The notes beneath the pieces are model-generated. The model had not been told where the DNA came from. It ran no database searches and was given only the letters and a program-made list of their open reading frames with translations. A stretch of DNA of 64,000 nt, taken from assembly GCA_021463645.1 (NCBI GenBank), contig JAJTYI010000006.1, forward strand, positions 117,692 through 181,691, in the 5' to 3' direction. Below are positions 27,331 to 36,334 of this stretch, in pieces. The position numbers were made by a program, and so were the translations under genes. Positions within the stretch are counted from its first letter, which is position 1, and each line of letters starts with the position of its first letter. This DNA comes from a bacterium (lineage in GTDB: Bacteria; Patescibacteriota; Dojkabacteria; B142; OLB20).

Positions 27331-28710
27331 ATGACAGACAATTTAGCTGATATCTGGAAAATAACACTTGCTCAGATTGAAATCAAAATCGACTCCCCTG
27401 CTCATTTTAAGACATGGTTTCAAAATACAAGCTTACTAGAACTTAGTGATAAAGAAGGCAAAATTGGTGTGAACAACTCCTATACTGCTGATTGGCTGAG
27501 GAAACATCACTACAACACAATTACAAAAACCTTGTCTTATATAGTCGGACGAGAACTTGAAATTGACTTTAATATAGATGAGAAACTTGCCAACAAAAGA
27601 AATCCTGTAACCGACAATTCCGTATCAGCAAGTTCACCATTATTAAGTTACTCCCCTGCAGAGGAAAATATTCATGTTTTGAAAAGAGCCTCTCTAAATG
27701 AGTCATACAACTTTGACAACTATATTGTTGGACCGTCAAACAAATTAGCCCACGCAGCAGCAAAAAGTGTCTCACAGAAACCAGGATTTTCTTATAATCC
27801 GCTATTTATCTATGGAGATACAGGATTAGGGAAAACACATCTTGCACAGGCAATCGCTAGAGAAATTCTTGAAAGAGACGCAACAAGTAAAATACTCTAC
27901 ATTTCTAGTGAAAGATTCTTAATAGACATGGTTAATGCTATTAGGTCGAACAGAAGTACACAGTTTAGAGAGAAGTACAGAACTCTAGACTTACTAATTA
28001 TTGACGACATTCAATTCATTTATAAATGGAAAGAAACACAAACAGAATTCTTCCATACTTTCAATGTGCTTTATAACGATAAAAAACAAATAATTCTAGT
28101 CTCAGATAGACCACCAGAGGAAATACAAAACCTTGAAGGCAGATTGCGTTCTAGATTTCAGGGAGGAATGACGGTAGACATTGCGAAACCCGATTATGAG
28201 ACTAGGTTGGCAATTCTAGAAAAGAAAATTGAACAAGTTGGAGGAGATCTTCCTGACTACATACTAGACTTTATCGCAAGCAATATCTCAGACAATATTC
28301 GAGAATTGGAAGGAGCACTTCAGAAAATTGCTCTTTTTAACAATATGAAAGACGGTGATCTCTCACTTGAAGAAGTAAAACACATTTTAGGAAGAGATGA
28401 TCAGAACAAAAGAAAAAAAATTAAAGCCCCTCAAGTAATCAAGCAAGTTGCAACAGAGCTAAACGTTACAGCCAAAGATATAAAAGGTCCACGAAGAACG
28501 GCAGACGTGGCATTCGCTAGACAGGTTTGTATGTACATATTAAGAGAAGATTTCTCATACAAGCTCGAAGATGTTGCTAGTCTACTAAATAGAAAGGATC
28601 ATACAACAGTAATTCATGCTGTCGATAAAATAAAAAGCAAGATTATGCTCGACGAAGGATTCAAAGATCAAGTAAATTTAATCAGAGAAAAAATTAACGA
28701 ACTTTACTGA
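27331..28710 (+). CDS. dnaA: chromosomal replication initiator protein DnaA
   Basis: Walker A GDTGLGKTHL, Walker B LLIIDDIQF, and the C-terminal DNA-binding helix (KDHTTVIHAVDKI). The ATG at 27331 (MTDNLADIWK...) is preferred over the track's start at 27184. Confidence 0.95.
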   Translation: MTDNLADIWKITLAQIEIKIDSPAHFKTWFQNTSLLELSDKEGKIGVNNSYTADWLRKHHYNTITKTLSYIVGRELEIDFNIDEKLANKRNPVTDNSVSASSPLLSYSPAEENIHVLKRASLNESYNFDNYIVGPSNKLAHAAAKSVSQKPGFSYNPLFIYGDTGLGKTHLAQAIAREILERDATSKILYISSERFLIDMVNAIRSNRSTQFREKYRTLDLLIIDDIQFIYKWKETQTEFFHTFNVLYNDKKQIILVSDRPPEEIQNLEGRLRSRFQGGMTVDIAKPDYETRLAILEKKIEQVGGDLPDYILDFIASNISDNIRELEGALQKIALFNNMKDGDLSLEEVKHILGRDDQNKRKKIKAPQVIKQVATELNVTAKDIKGPRRTADVAFARQVCMYILREDFSYKLEDVASLLNRKDHTTVIHAVDKIKSKIMLDEGFKDQVNLIREKINELY

Positions 28711-28919
28711 TTTTCTACACAAATTTGTCCACTTTTGGGTAATACCGAAAAAGAATAAGACACATAGATAATCAGAAATATGAAAAAAACTTATCCATAA
28801 ATTATACACATCAGTTTTTTTCTATAAGAGTTCTCTGTACAATCAAATTGAAATAAATATACACTTATACACGTACACTAATATAACTACTACTATTTTT
28901 AATTAATATATATATAGTA
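28711..28919. other. candidate oriC segment (degenerate DnaA boxes plus an AT-rich unwinding region)
   Basis: TTATCCATA at 28791-28799, TTATACACA at 28802-28810, and TTATACACG at 28865-28873. Nearly pure A/T from 28897 to 28919 (aattaatatatatatagtaa). Located in the dnaA-dnaN spacer. Confidence 0.55.
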
Positions 28920-30050
28920 ATGAAAATCTCTTTAATACAAGAAAATCTTGCAAAAGCTTTACTGTACATAAATAAGGCAGTTAGCTCTCGACCGAACATT
29001 CCAATTTTAGCGAACGTATTGCTGGAAACCGAGAAGGGAAAGCTAAAGCTGTCGGCTACGAATCTGGATATCGGAATAAGTACCTGGATTGGTGCTACTG
29101 TAGCGGAAGAAGGAAAGATTACGGTTTCAGCAAAAATGCTCTCAGACTTCGTGAACTCCTTGAAGTCAGGGAAGATTGAACTACTTCAACAAGGACAAAC
29201 CCTTGTGGTTAAGTCTGTGGATAACATCGCTGAGTTTTATATAATTCCTGCAGAAGACTTTCCAAGGGTACCACAAGTGGAAGGTAATCCATTACTGGAG
29301 ATTGATTCTACGACATTGTCTGAAACTTTTACTAAAACAGCTTTTGCAGCAAGCAATGATGAGTCTAGGCCAGTATTAACAGGCTTATTGTTCAAAGGTA
29401 GTAAAAAAAGACTGACAATAGTTGGAGTAGATGGATTTCGATTATCAAAAAAAGAGATTATGCTGGAAGAAGATTTGGGTAGTAAAGAGTTTGAGGAAAT
29501 CGTTCCAGCTCGTGCCGTTTCAGAAGTAGAAAGTCTGATCAAAGACATGACAGGAAAAAACGACAAGGTTCAAGTTTATCTACTTGGAAATAAAAACCAA
29601 ATGTTGTTCAAAATAGGAGATGTGGAGTTAAGCACAAGACTTATAGAAGGAAAGTTCCCAGAATATGACAATATTTTGCCAAAAGATTATAAATTTGAAT
29701 GTAAAGTGGAAAAAGCAGGACTTAACGATATGTTAAAAGTTGTTAGTATCTTTGCTAGAAATGTAGTGGGAAATAAAACAAAGTTTAAAATTGATGGCTC
29801 AGAATCAAAACTCAAACTTTCCACATCTGTTGTAGATATCGGAAACAACGAAAGCGAAATTACAGTAAAAGAGCTTGATGGTGAAGACTTTGAGACTGCC
29901 TTTAATGTCAAATTCCTTCAAGACATGGTCAATATCATGACAAGTGAAATTATCACATTCCAGACAAACGGGCCAACAGCTCCCGGAGTTTTCCTCGATC
30001 CCAAAGACAAAAACTTCATACATGTAGTTATGCCAATGAGGGTTGAGTAG
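28920..30050 (+). CDS. dnaN: DNA polymerase III beta sliding clamp
   Basis: 376 aa. The N-terminus ...AVSSRPNIPILANVLLE... and three-domain length fit a beta clamp. Synteny after dnaA. Confidence 0.9.
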   Translation: MKISLIQENLAKALLYINKAVSSRPNIPILANVLLETEKGKLKLSATNLDIGISTWIGATVAEEGKITVSAKMLSDFVNSLKSGKIELLQQGQTLVVKSVDNIAEFYIIPAEDFPRVPQVEGNPLLEIDSTTLSETFTKTAFAASNDESRPVLTGLLFKGSKKRLTIVGVDGFRLSKKEIMLEEDLGSKEFEEIVPARAVSEVESLIKDMTGKNDKVQVYLLGNKNQMLFKIGDVELSTRLIEGKFPEYDNILPKDYKFECKVEKAGLNDMLKVVSIFARNVVGNKTKFKIDGSESKLKLSTSVVDIGNNESEITVKELDGEDFETAFNVKFLQDMVNIMTSEIITFQTNGPTAPGVFLDPKDKNFIHVVMPMRVE

Positions 30051-30129
30051 GAGACTAAAATTCTTCTCTTTAATCAAGTATAAATGTGCTAATAACTTTG
30101 ATATTATTAAGAATAGTTATTATTATTCA

Positions 30130-31458
30130 ATGAAAAGTTATAAAACTGTACTATTCTTAGTTTCCCCCTTAATTTTTATAATTTGTGTCTTTGTTTTGTA
30201 TACAATATATAAATTTCCCTCCATATCTACAGGTCCCACAGAATTAATATCCACAACCCCAACACCTCAAAATAGTAACTTGATTACACCTAGACTCGTA
30301 AACGAGCCATATGATGGAAATCTCCAATATACTGTTTTAACTTCAGAGGATAAAGTAATAACTAAAGATCATAATGGAAAGATCTTGAAAGAATTTCAAT
30401 TGAAACTAGCTTGTAATAATGGCGAAAAGGCTTTTGATTTCGAAATACTGAAATACGAACAAAACGTAACTTTTTATACTGTTTGTTCAGAAGGTATTAG
30501 ATTAATTGAAAATAATGAATTAAAAAGACTTATCGAATATAAAGAAATTGGGATAAATGAAAAAATAAATTACGAAGAATATACCTTTCATATAAAGTTC
30601 TCAGAAGGATTGGAGTATATGTTCTATTCTATAAATGCAGATAATACAGGAACAAGCAATACTGTAGGGTATAAAAACGGATTACTAAACCTAGAAACAA
30701 ATAAAGTAATCTTGATTTCTCCTGATAGAACAGATTTTACAAGGGACGGGTTGGGTATAGTGGATTATTTTAGTAATAATAAAATAATAATTTTTTATCA
30801 AAAAAGCCCGTCAGGTGCTATTGCAGAGGGTTTGTACGAATATGATACAGAGAAACAGTCCTATGAGAGCTTTCTTAACTATGGGGTTTCCCCAAGTGAT
30901 GTAATACAGGGTAGAAAAAGATTGGATAACAAACTAGTCTTCCATAATGCATACAAACCATTTTCTGATAAATTATATGAGGATAAAGCATATTTAGTTG
31001 AAATTGATTTTGGGGAATATCTTTCTGAGCAAGAATATGAACTACCTACTAGGTTCTATTTTCTTTCTGTTGCAGATATGGCAAATGGTTTGCAACAAGT
31101 TAGTGAAGATGGAAAGATTTCAATTCTTAAGACCACTTCACACGAATGGGAAGGAAATTACGAAACAATTCCTACTAGTGCATATGTCGATAGTAAAATC
31201 GTCGTTTCTACTGAGGGTAAAATATTAAAAGAATATTTCGTAGATCCCCGAAAAATCTATATATACAAGTTTGTCGATTATGAAAAAATCGTATTTGCAG
31301 AATTGAATATAGAAAATCGGGCTAGTGAAGACGGTGTTGGGTGGTATAGCGAATATGTATATGACTCATTACATTTACTTGATATGAAAGAAGATGAATT
31401 GTTAAAAGTATCTGATTTAGGAGAAGACACTGTATCAGTGCTAGGGGTAAGGTTTTAG
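30130..31458 (+). CDS. hypothetical N-terminally anchored extracytoplasmic protein
   Basis: The ATG at 30130 gives MKSYKTVLFLVSPLIFIICVFVLYTIY (signal-anchor). The remainder is hydrophilic and beta-rich in appearance. No family recognised. Confidence 0.5.
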   Translation: MKSYKTVLFLVSPLIFIICVFVLYTIYKFPSISTGPTELISTTPTPQNSNLITPRLVNEPYDGNLQYTVLTSEDKVITKDHNGKILKEFQLKLACNNGEKAFDFEILKYEQNVTFYTVCSEGIRLIENNELKRLIEYKEIGINEKINYEEYTFHIKFSEGLEYMFYSINADNTGTSNTVGYKNGLLNLETNKVILISPDRTDFTRDGLGIVDYFSNNKIIIFYQKSPSGAIAEGLYEYDTEKQSYESFLNYGVSPSDVIQGRKRLDNKLVFHNAYKPFSDKLYEDKAYLVEIDFGEYLSEQEYELPTRFYFLSVADMANGLQQVSEDGKISILKTTSHEWEGNYETIPTSAYVDSKIVVSTEGKILKEYFVDPRKIYIYKFVDYEKIVFAELNIENRASEDGVGWYSEYVYDSLHLLDMKEDELLKVSDLGEDTVSVLGVRF

Positions 31459-31482
31459 GAGATAAGGGTTGTGACTGTAAGG

Positions 31483-31503
31483 TTTAAAGAATTTAACGAA
31501 TCA
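31483..31503. repeat. 21-bp direct repeat, left copy (duplicate of femX codons 3-9)
   Basis: TTTAAAGAATTTAACGAATCA is identical to 32493-32513. Confidence 0.9.
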
Positions 31504-31534
31504 ATTTATAATCTAATATATTATTAACATTTCA

Positions 31535-32395
31535 TTGACTAATTCTCTAAATAATCAGGAAGTAAGAAAACCGAAGTCTAAACAATTAATACTCGTTATT
31601 GTTTTTGCAACTCTTTTCATTTGTTTCCTTAGTTTATTGGTAGTGTATTATTTTCTGGCTAGAAACATATCTCTTCCTACTACTGTTGAAACTGAATACG
31701 CCAATCCTACAATAGAGGATTCCTCAGAATGGCTAGAATACAGAAACACAAAATATGGTTTTACAATGGTGTATCCAGATATCGGACTAACTCCGAGAGA
31801 GGTAGAAGTGTTCGAGAAAAGAAAAGCAGACTATATCTATTGTGACATAGGTATCTCCGCCTGCCCTAGTTTTATAGAAGGAAAATATAAAATTGGTTTC
31901 TTCGATAAAAATTCTCAGGAAGCAGTTAGTGTGGAAATTTACGATAGAGAAATGGCCTCTGATGAGTTGGGTGGTAAACTTTCCGGAGGATTTACTTATT
32001 TGGTTTATCGACCTACTTACCATGACGAGGATGAGGGATGGGTTAATCACATTATTAGTTTAGAGGATAGGAATAAAATAGAAGAATCAATAACATTTAT
32101 TGAAACGGAGAAACCAAAATCCTGTTTGTGGGAAAACTCTTATTACAGTTACACAAAAGAAGAAGCTGATTTATTAAAAAATGATGTCTACTCTTACATT
32201 AAACTTAGAAATGGAGATACCTCAATATACGGCGCAGAAAATAAGAAGGAAGAATATTTGAGATATTCTGGGTGGCGGTATAATTGGGGCGGAGATTGTG
32301 AAGAAATTGAGTACTATACATGGAGTGAAGACTCTTCAGCACCTCCCTTTAGAAGTCGAGAGGAATGTGTACAAACATGTATGACACCTGACTAA
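31535..32395 (+). CDS. hypothetical N-terminally anchored protein with a 4-Cys C-terminal region
   Basis: 286 aa from a TTG start; no ATG lies upstream of the TM (LILVIVFATLFICFLSLLVVYYFLA). The C-terminus reads ...GGDCEEIEYYTWSEDSSAPPFRSREECVQTCMTPD. Confidence 0.5.
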   Translation: MTNSLNNQEVRKPKSKQLILVIVFATLFICFLSLLVVYYFLARNISLPTTVETEYANPTIEDSSEWLEYRNTKYGFTMVYPDIGLTPREVEVFEKRKADYIYCDIGISACPSFIEGKYKIGFFDKNSQEAVSVEIYDREMASDELGGKLSGGFTYLVYRPTYHDEDEGWVNHIISLEDRNKIEESITFIETEKPKSCLWENSYYSYTKEEADLLKNDVYSYIKLRNGDTSIYGAENKKEEYLRYSGWRYNWGGDCEEIEYYTWSEDSSAPPFRSREECVQTCMTPD

Positions 32396-32486
32396 AATTT
32401 CTTTTACCAATAAATTCTGGATATGGGAGAACGTGCTTTTTCCAGAGTTTTTCGTTAATATATGCTCGGTATTGATTAATTAGTAA

Positions 32487-33575
32487 ATGGAATTTAAAGA
32501 ATTTAACGAATCAGAAAAAAGCGAATGGAATTCATTTGTCGACTCTACCCCATACGTTACGATTCTACAGTTCTGGGAATGGGGGGAACTCAAGAGAAGC
32601 GAAGGTTGGCAACCCTATAGAGTGGCTCTAGTTGATTCAGGAGAAATATTAATCTCCGCACAGTGCTTACTAAAAAAAGCTCCCGTACTAGGGAATTATT
32701 TATATGTGCCTTATGGTCCAGTATTTAGAGATATAAGTGTTTTTAAACAAAACCTACCTGATTTTTTGTCTGAACTGAAAAATTTCGCTGATTCAAAAGG
32801 CTGTTTTGTGATTGAATTTGATCCATTGATTGGAAAATTAGTCGATGAAATTGAACCCTCAGAAAACTTACTCCCCTATCTAAACACAGAAATCAAAGAG
32901 ATTCTCGAGGTGAACGGATTTTCAATAAGCAAAAGGAATATGCAACCCAGACATAAACTTTTCTATGATTTAAGCAAAACAGAAGAAGAATTATTGATGT
33001 TAATGAAAAAGAACACTAGATACAACGTCCGTTTAGCCGGCAAAAAAGGAGTGGAAGTAACGTCTCTAGAAATCTCAGATGAAAATATGTCACAGAAAAT
33101 TGACGAGTATTATGAATTGTTACTCTCAACACAGGAAAGAGCAAAAGGTTATCCTATTAGACCGAAGAGTACGTTCACTACCCTACTTGAGGTTTTCAAA
33201 AACTCGAACTTACTGAAATATTTCGAAGCAAGGTTTCAAGGTGATCTAATTACTGCCAATATTTCCCAATTTACATCGTACTGGTCATCATCGTTTTATG
33301 GTGCCTCAAATCGACTTCATCCAGATACAAAGGCCCCATATTTATTGAGATGGGAATCAGTTCTTGAAGCGAAGAAACGTGGATGCAAAGTGTATGATTT
33401 TTGGGGGATTATTCTCGATTCGAAACAGCATAGCGGATATTCAGAAACCAAACTTAGCTTTGGCGGAACTAGGATGGATACTTATGGACTATTTGCTTTA
33501 CCTTTATCAAATTGGAAATATATGGTTTGGGATAAGTTCTTGCCCCTTAGAAATAAGATTCCGTTTATTAAATAA
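32487..33575 (+). CDS. FemAB-family peptidoglycan interpeptide-bridge aminoacyltransferase (FemX-like)
   Basis: The N-terminus ...ILQFWEWGELKRSEGWQPYRVAL..., LYVPYGPV, and the overall length (362 aa) are typical of the FemAB family. Confidence 0.6.
   Translation: MEFKEFNESEKSEWNSFVDSTPYVTILQFWEWGELKRSEGWQPYRVALVDSGEILISAQCLLKKAPVLGNYLYVPYGPVFRDISVFKQNLPDFLSELKNFADSKGCFVIEFDPLIGKLVDEIEPSENLLPYLNTEIKEILEVNGFSISKRNMQPRHKLFYDLSKTEEELLMLMKKNTRYNVRLAGKKGVEVTSLEISDENMSQKIDEYYELLLSTQERAKGYPIRPKSTFTTLLEVFKNSNLLKYFEARFQGDLITANISQFTSYWSSSFYGASNRLHPDTKAPYLLRWESVLEAKKRGCKVYDFWGIILDSKQHSGYSETKLSFGGTRMDTYGLFALPLSNWKYMVWDKFLPLRNKIPFIK
32493..32513. repeat. 21-bp direct repeat, right copy (inside the femX 5' end)
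   Basis: TTTAAAGAATTTAACGAATCA is identical to 31483-31503. Confidence 0.9.
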
Positions 33576-33581
33576 TCAAAT

Positions 33582-34820
33582 ATGAGACCAGTATTTATCG
33601 GAGCTTCTCCAAATACAGAAAAAGACGATATAAAACTAGCTTTGAAGTTGCTTTTTCAACCATGGAATTGGAGAGAAGATAAAAATAATAGCGTTGATAG
33701 GTTCGAAGAAATGGTTAGCGAATACCACGATGGAGTAAATGCTATTGCTATGGACTCTGCTCGATCGGCTTTTTATTTGTTGCTAAAAGCATATGGAATT
33801 GGCCCAGGCGACGAAGTGATCCTCCCCTCTTTTTCATGTTTAGTAATTGCAAATCCTGTGATTTGGGTAGGAGCAAAACCTGTGTATGTTGACATTGACA
33901 AAGAAACTTTCAATTTAAGTTTGGAAGATTTAAAGAAAAAGGTTACGAAGAAAACAAAAGTTGTTCTTGTCCAACATACTTTCGGCCTTCCAGTAGAACT
34001 AGAAAAAGTACGAGAAATCGTAGGCAAGGATGTGAAAATTGTCGAGGATGTTGCCCACTCTCTTGGTGGATTGTACAAAGGTCAGAAAATTGGCACGATT
34101 GGAGACGCTTCAGTCGCAACCTTCGGAATAGAAAAAGTAATTTCAAGCGTTCGGGGAGGGATGGTGTTAGTCAAAGATGACAGAATTGCAGAGGAAATTA
34201 TAAGCGAAATTAAAAGCGCCCCACATTTTTCGTTAGTAAGAATAAAAATCGCATTGCTAAATCCAATTCTGTGGTGGCTTATCACGCCTGTTTACTATAT
34301 TGGTATCGGAAAAGCCACAATTGGCAGGGCTTTCAGTTTCGTTGCACATAAATTAGGAATAATGGGAATCATGATAGAGAAGTGCGAGTACGATACCCAA
34401 AAACCGATCTGGATACCTGCCAGAATGCCATCGGCACTAGCTAGATTGGGAATGAACCAGTTCAGGAAATTAGACAGATTTAACAACCATCGTAGAGAAA
34501 TTGCGGGAATTTACGAAGAGAAATTTGGAGCCTTTAAAGTCGACCAAAATAGTAAACATAATTATTTACGATATCCACTCTTAGTTAAGCCGGGAAATAG
34601 GTCGAAAATTTATAGGAATACTTCTAAAAACCATTTTGTACTAGGAAATTGGTACAAGAATATTTTGTATGCTCCAGATTCTTCTTTGGCAAAACTTGGT
34701 TATAAAAATGGTGACACACCGAATGCTGAGTGGGTGGCTGAGAGGATTATAAATTTACCGACTGCGGTGAATGTGTCTACTGACGAGGCGACACATCTCG
34801 TTAATATTATGGGTGTTTAA
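33582..34820 (+). CDS. DegT/DnrJ/EryC1/StrS-family PLP-dependent aminotransferase
   Basis: DSARSAFYLLLKAYGIGPGDEVILPSFSCLVIANPVIWVGAKPVYVDID, a candidate Schiff-base Lys in ATFGIEKVISS, and HSLGG. Confidence 0.7.
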   Translation: MRPVFIGASPNTEKDDIKLALKLLFQPWNWREDKNNSVDRFEEMVSEYHDGVNAIAMDSARSAFYLLLKAYGIGPGDEVILPSFSCLVIANPVIWVGAKPVYVDIDKETFNLSLEDLKKKVTKKTKVVLVQHTFGLPVELEKVREIVGKDVKIVEDVAHSLGGLYKGQKIGTIGDASVATFGIEKVISSVRGGMVLVKDDRIAEEIISEIKSAPHFSLVRIKIALLNPILWWLITPVYYIGIGKATIGRAFSFVAHKLGIMGIMIEKCEYDTQKPIWIPARMPSALARLGMNQFRKLDRFNNHRREIAGIYEEKFGAFKVDQNSKHNYLRYPLLVKPGNRSKIYRNTSKNHFVLGNWYKNILYAPDSSLAKLGYKNGDTPNAEWVAERIINLPTAVNVSTDEATHLVNIMGV

Positions 34821-34830
34821 GACACGCTAC

Positions 34831-35727
34831 TTATTTTATAGTAAGGTTTTTGAAAAATTCGTCACAAATTGCCTTCGCCTTAATCTCGTCCCCTTCGTAC
34901 TTACAATATGACAAAATTGCGTGTTCAAACATTAAACCTGTCCCGCATGTGTCGCTTGTAATAGTCTGCGGTATAGTAACCATATTTTCACAGTCGCTTG
35001 TTTCGTAACTGTCAGTGTATTCAAACCAATTCGGAACAGTTGACCGCATACGATATAGGTTTCTTGAAGAGTCGACTAACTCAACAGTATCGTCGTAAAA
35101 ATAATACACCCCTTCGCTGACTACAAGTGAAATATTGATTGATGTTGTCTTTGAATCTTCGTAGTTACTAAAAGATAAATCAATAGAGCTCCCCAATGTA
35201 GACGCGGTTGAAGACTCTGTACTAGTAGTGTGTGAGAGAGGTGCTATTCCTGATATAGTCCCTCCATAAGGTAAGGAATAATTAAATGCAGACCATTCTT
35301 CACCAAAAAGTATAATTTTCGATTGAGCTGTATCTGTTACTTGCACCTGATTATCAGGGCTTATATCAGAAACTGAATCAGAACAGTAGCCTTTGTAATA
35401 TTCTTCGTCGACACCACTAAAAGGTTCGTTTTTCATGATAATTTCATTTAGGTATTCACACCTGTTGCAGATAATTCCATTTTCACCATTGTTTTGACAA
35501 TCTACACAACCTTGAGTATTGGGAGAATTTAGGCATGTTTGATACAAATCAGGAGTATTTGGCCTCGGGACAAAGACAAAAACGATAAATAAAACTACTC
35601 CGATTAGGATAGCCACTACTACGAACACAATTACCAATAAAGCTACAATTAGACTGTTGTTATTAGAGTTTGTAGATTTGGGCTCATTCTGACTAGTTAC
35701 TTGGGAAGGATTATTGGGGGTTGTCAT
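34831..35727 (-). CDS. hypothetical single-pass membrane protein with a juxtamembrane Cys-rich module
   Basis: TM LIVALLVIVFVVVAILIGVVLFIVFVFV, followed by YQTCLNSPNTQGCVDCQNNGENGIICNRCEYL...YYKGYCSDS. A paralogue of 35840..36283. Confidence 0.5.
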   Translation of the reverse strand: MTTPNNPSQVTSQNEPKSTNSNNNSLIVALLVIVFVVVAILIGVVLFIVFVFVPRPNTPDLYQTCLNSPNTQGCVDCQNNGENGIICNRCEYLNEIIMKNEPFSGVDEEYYKGYCSDSVSDISPDNQVQVTDTAQSKIILFGEEWSAFNYSLPYGGTISGIAPLSHTTSTESSTASTLGSSIDLSFSNYEDSKTTSINISLVVSEGVYYFYDDTVELVDSSRNLYRMRSTVPNWFEYTDSYETSDCENMVTIPQTITSDTCGTGLMFEHAILSYCKYEGDEIKAKAICDEFFKNLTIK

Positions 35728-35839
35728 TTTTTAAGAATAATATGCTAAATATTAATCTATTTATTCAGGGGTGTAAATATAAATTTTCTTACGTTAAATT
35801 TCTATATGAGACAATATATGACAATTCTCCCAAACTCAT

Positions 35840-36283
35840 TTAGAATGGCTTTTTATATGATGAAAAAGAATCTCTGGGTAACTCGGTGTTGGAATCTGTG
35901 CACTTTTCAATAAAAAATGAGTGATCTATATTATTCATATCATCCGGAGAATAGGATTTTGTATACAAATCTTCACATTTCAGACACATTTCCATATCAA
36001 CAGGTATTGGAGAAGGATGCGATTTCATATTATGAGAAAACATATCGACATAATTTTCAACACAGGATTGTCCATGATTCCATATGTACCCATAATTTTG
36101 TCCAATACATGATAGACAACCAAGACTGTGTGGAGCAGAGAGACAGACTTGATATATACCCGGTGATACACGAGTTGTATGGCATGGATCAAACAACCAG
36201 TAAAGGAACAGAATAATACAGATGAAAGGGAGACCTAAAAACATAAAAACTAGTATGATTCGATTTCTGGATAATTTTTTCAT
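35840..36283 (-). CDS. hypothetical single-pass membrane protein with a juxtamembrane Cys-rich module (short paralogue)
   Basis: TM IILVFMFLGLPFICIILFLYWLF, followed by YQVCLSAPHSLGCLSCIGQ...CLKCEDL...FFIEKCTDS. Confidence 0.5.
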   Translation of the reverse strand: MKKLSRNRIILVFMFLGLPFICIILFLYWLFDPCHTTRVSPGIYQVCLSAPHSLGCLSCIGQNYGYIWNHGQSCVENYVDMFSHNMKSHPSPIPVDMEMCLKCEDLYTKSYSPDDMNNIDHSFFIEKCTDSNTELPRDSFSSYKKPF

Positions 36284-36334
36284 TCTAGAGTAATAATATT
36301 TTTAATATTACTCCAGTTTGTCGGGGATTTGTAG

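Noticed and set aside
32100-32395. The C-terminus of ORF 31535..32395 (…WRYNWGGDCEEIEYYTWSEDSSAPPFRSREECVQTC) resembles the second half of a Kunitz/BPTI domain (…[36 protein letters not shown])
   Set aside because: Only four Cys are present, and the Cys spacing differs by 2 residues. The putative first Cys is about 60 residues too far upstream. The similarity rests on a short F-x-S-x-E-x-C-x-x-T-C tail. This is too weak to call without a profile search.
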